Assembly: GCA_964199315.1 (NCBI GenBank)
Contig: OZ116707.1
Location: forward strand, 7,812,001 to 7,876,000
Direction of reading: 5' to 3'
DNA: 64,000 nucleotides
From: Orbicella franksi
Lineage: Eukaryota
Below, piece by piece: positions 62,651 through 64,000 of this stretch. The notes under the pieces are model-generated. The model made no database searches. It was not told the DNA's origin and saw only the letters and a list, made by a program, of their open reading frames with translations. Each line of letters begins with the position of its first letter. Within the stretch, counting starts at the first letter, position 1. Both the position numbers and the translations under genes were made by a program.

Positions 62651-64000
62651 ATGGCGTGCAACGCAACGGAACGTTCTCACTGTTAAAGTTTCACAACGGA
62701 AGATTTAGATCAATTAGAAAGTATCGAGGAAATGTACTTCAAAACGAGAGAGGTCGAGGAAGAGGATAAAGAGGATGATTATTCAGACTCCAACAGCAGT
62801 TCTGACGACGAAGGCGTCGCTGATCAAGATGAGCCGGGAGATGATGCTGTCGAGCTCATGGAAATTTACAAAACCGAACATGCTAAAGTGCAAGCATTTT
62901 ACTCCGAAACCTGTAAATGTAAAATGGGCGTGGGAGAGATGGCATGTAGTGCAATGCTGAGCCTAGATGATGTCACAGAGTGTCGAAACAACTGCAATGA
63001 ACTATCATCCGCTGAACTGGACCTGGTCATACTGGGAATCATTCACAGTTCCTTAAACTGTAACGAAACCAGCATCTCCGGCAGAGTGGAAAAAAATCGC
63101 CAAAGCACAAGAATGTGCTTCTTTTACCACGGAAAAAGAATTTGCAAGAAAACCTTCCTATTTCTGCACTGTCTTCAATCCTACCGGTTTCACAGTCTCG
63201 TTAAGCACTACAGGAAGAATGGATTGACCTTGCGGACCTATGGAAACTCGAAAAGGCTTCTGAGTAGTGCCTCGTCTACCAAAACAGTGGAACAAGTTGT
63301 CAAATTCATTAAAAATGTAGCTGAGGAACAAGCCCTCCTTCTCCCTGGACGTGTTCCGGGTTTCAAAAGGATTGATGTGAAGCTGTTACCGTCCAACCTC
63401 ACAAAACACAGTCTTTGGAAGAAGTATTTCGACATCTGTACGAGCATGGGACAAACATCAGTGGGCTATTCAAAATTCTGCGACCTGTGGAATCAGCTAT
63501 GTCCGTTTATTTTGATTATGCGGCCTGCAACTGACTTATGTTGGACATGCCAGAAAAACAACAGTCAGATTAACAAAAGTGCCAATTTACCTAAAGCAGA
63601 GAAAGTGGATGCGGTCAGAAGACAAGAAGAACATCTCTGTCTAACCTCAGGAGAACGAGAATATTACAAAATGGTATGTAAGGAAACGAAAGCCCACGTT
63701 CAAGCACATCTTGAAGAAGCCGATTTTGCGTTTGGACAGAGACCTTGCTCATACAATGGAACAGTACATTACTCGTACGACTACACACAGCAGCTGCACT
63801 ATCCCGCAAATCCTAACCAGCCAGGGCCAATCTATTTTAAGACGCCAAGAAAATGTGGACTCTTCGGTGTATGTTGTGAAGCAATTCCACGCCAAGTCAA
63901 TTTTCTTATTGACGAAAACGTTTTGACGGGGAAAGGAGCAAACAGTACAATTTCTTACGTCCATTACTTCTTCGAGCACAATGGATTAGGCAAGACTCAC
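62651..64000 (+). CDS. Sola1-like transposase, open to the window end (ATG 62651 with one TAA at 62684-62686; open from ATG 62732)
   Basis: 423 uninterrupted codons from 62732; ICKKTFLFLH, ALLLPGRVPG, MRPATDLCWTCQ..EEHL, YSYDYTQQLHYP..QPGPIYFKTPRKCGLFGVCCE..FLIDE..GKGANSTIS. Absent from the ORF track, which lists only ORFs with a stop codon. Confidence 0.75.

Overview
AT-rich eukaryotic DNA with spliceosomal introns, almost entirely made of nested, mostly decayed transposable elements. The repeat repertoire suggests an anthozoan, probably a stony coral (inference). No rRNA, tRNA or CRISPR array was seen. In order along the window: (1) a Sola2-like transposase interrupted by a Sola3-like element (1561-6951, long TIRs, TTAA TSD); (2) Penelope-like (PLE) remnants, two with hammerhead-ribozyme motifs; (3) a three-exon, stop-free gene piece resembling a beta-class N6/N4 DNA methyltransferase fold (12147-13788); (4) a full-length hAT element (14052-17178, 8-bp TSD); (5) a CR1/L2 LINE carrying a Tigger-like MITE; (6) an L1/Tx1 LINE split by a BEL/Pao LTR retrotransposon (27379-34838, LTRs identical by eye, 5-bp TSD) and by an ISL2EU element (37590-41678, AT TSD); (7) Ngaro/DIRS-like remnants split by a second, reverse L1/Tx1 LINE; (8) a full-length Kolobok element (52656-60864, TTAA TSD); (9) a Sola1-like transposase running off the window end. 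The best leads are in the Kolobok element and the methyltransferase-like gene. The Kolobok transposase appears to splice to an N-terminal MBD-like domain, and the element carries an intact four-exon 121-aa second gene. Family names come from motif recognition by eye, not database searches. Boundaries without a TSD are approximate.
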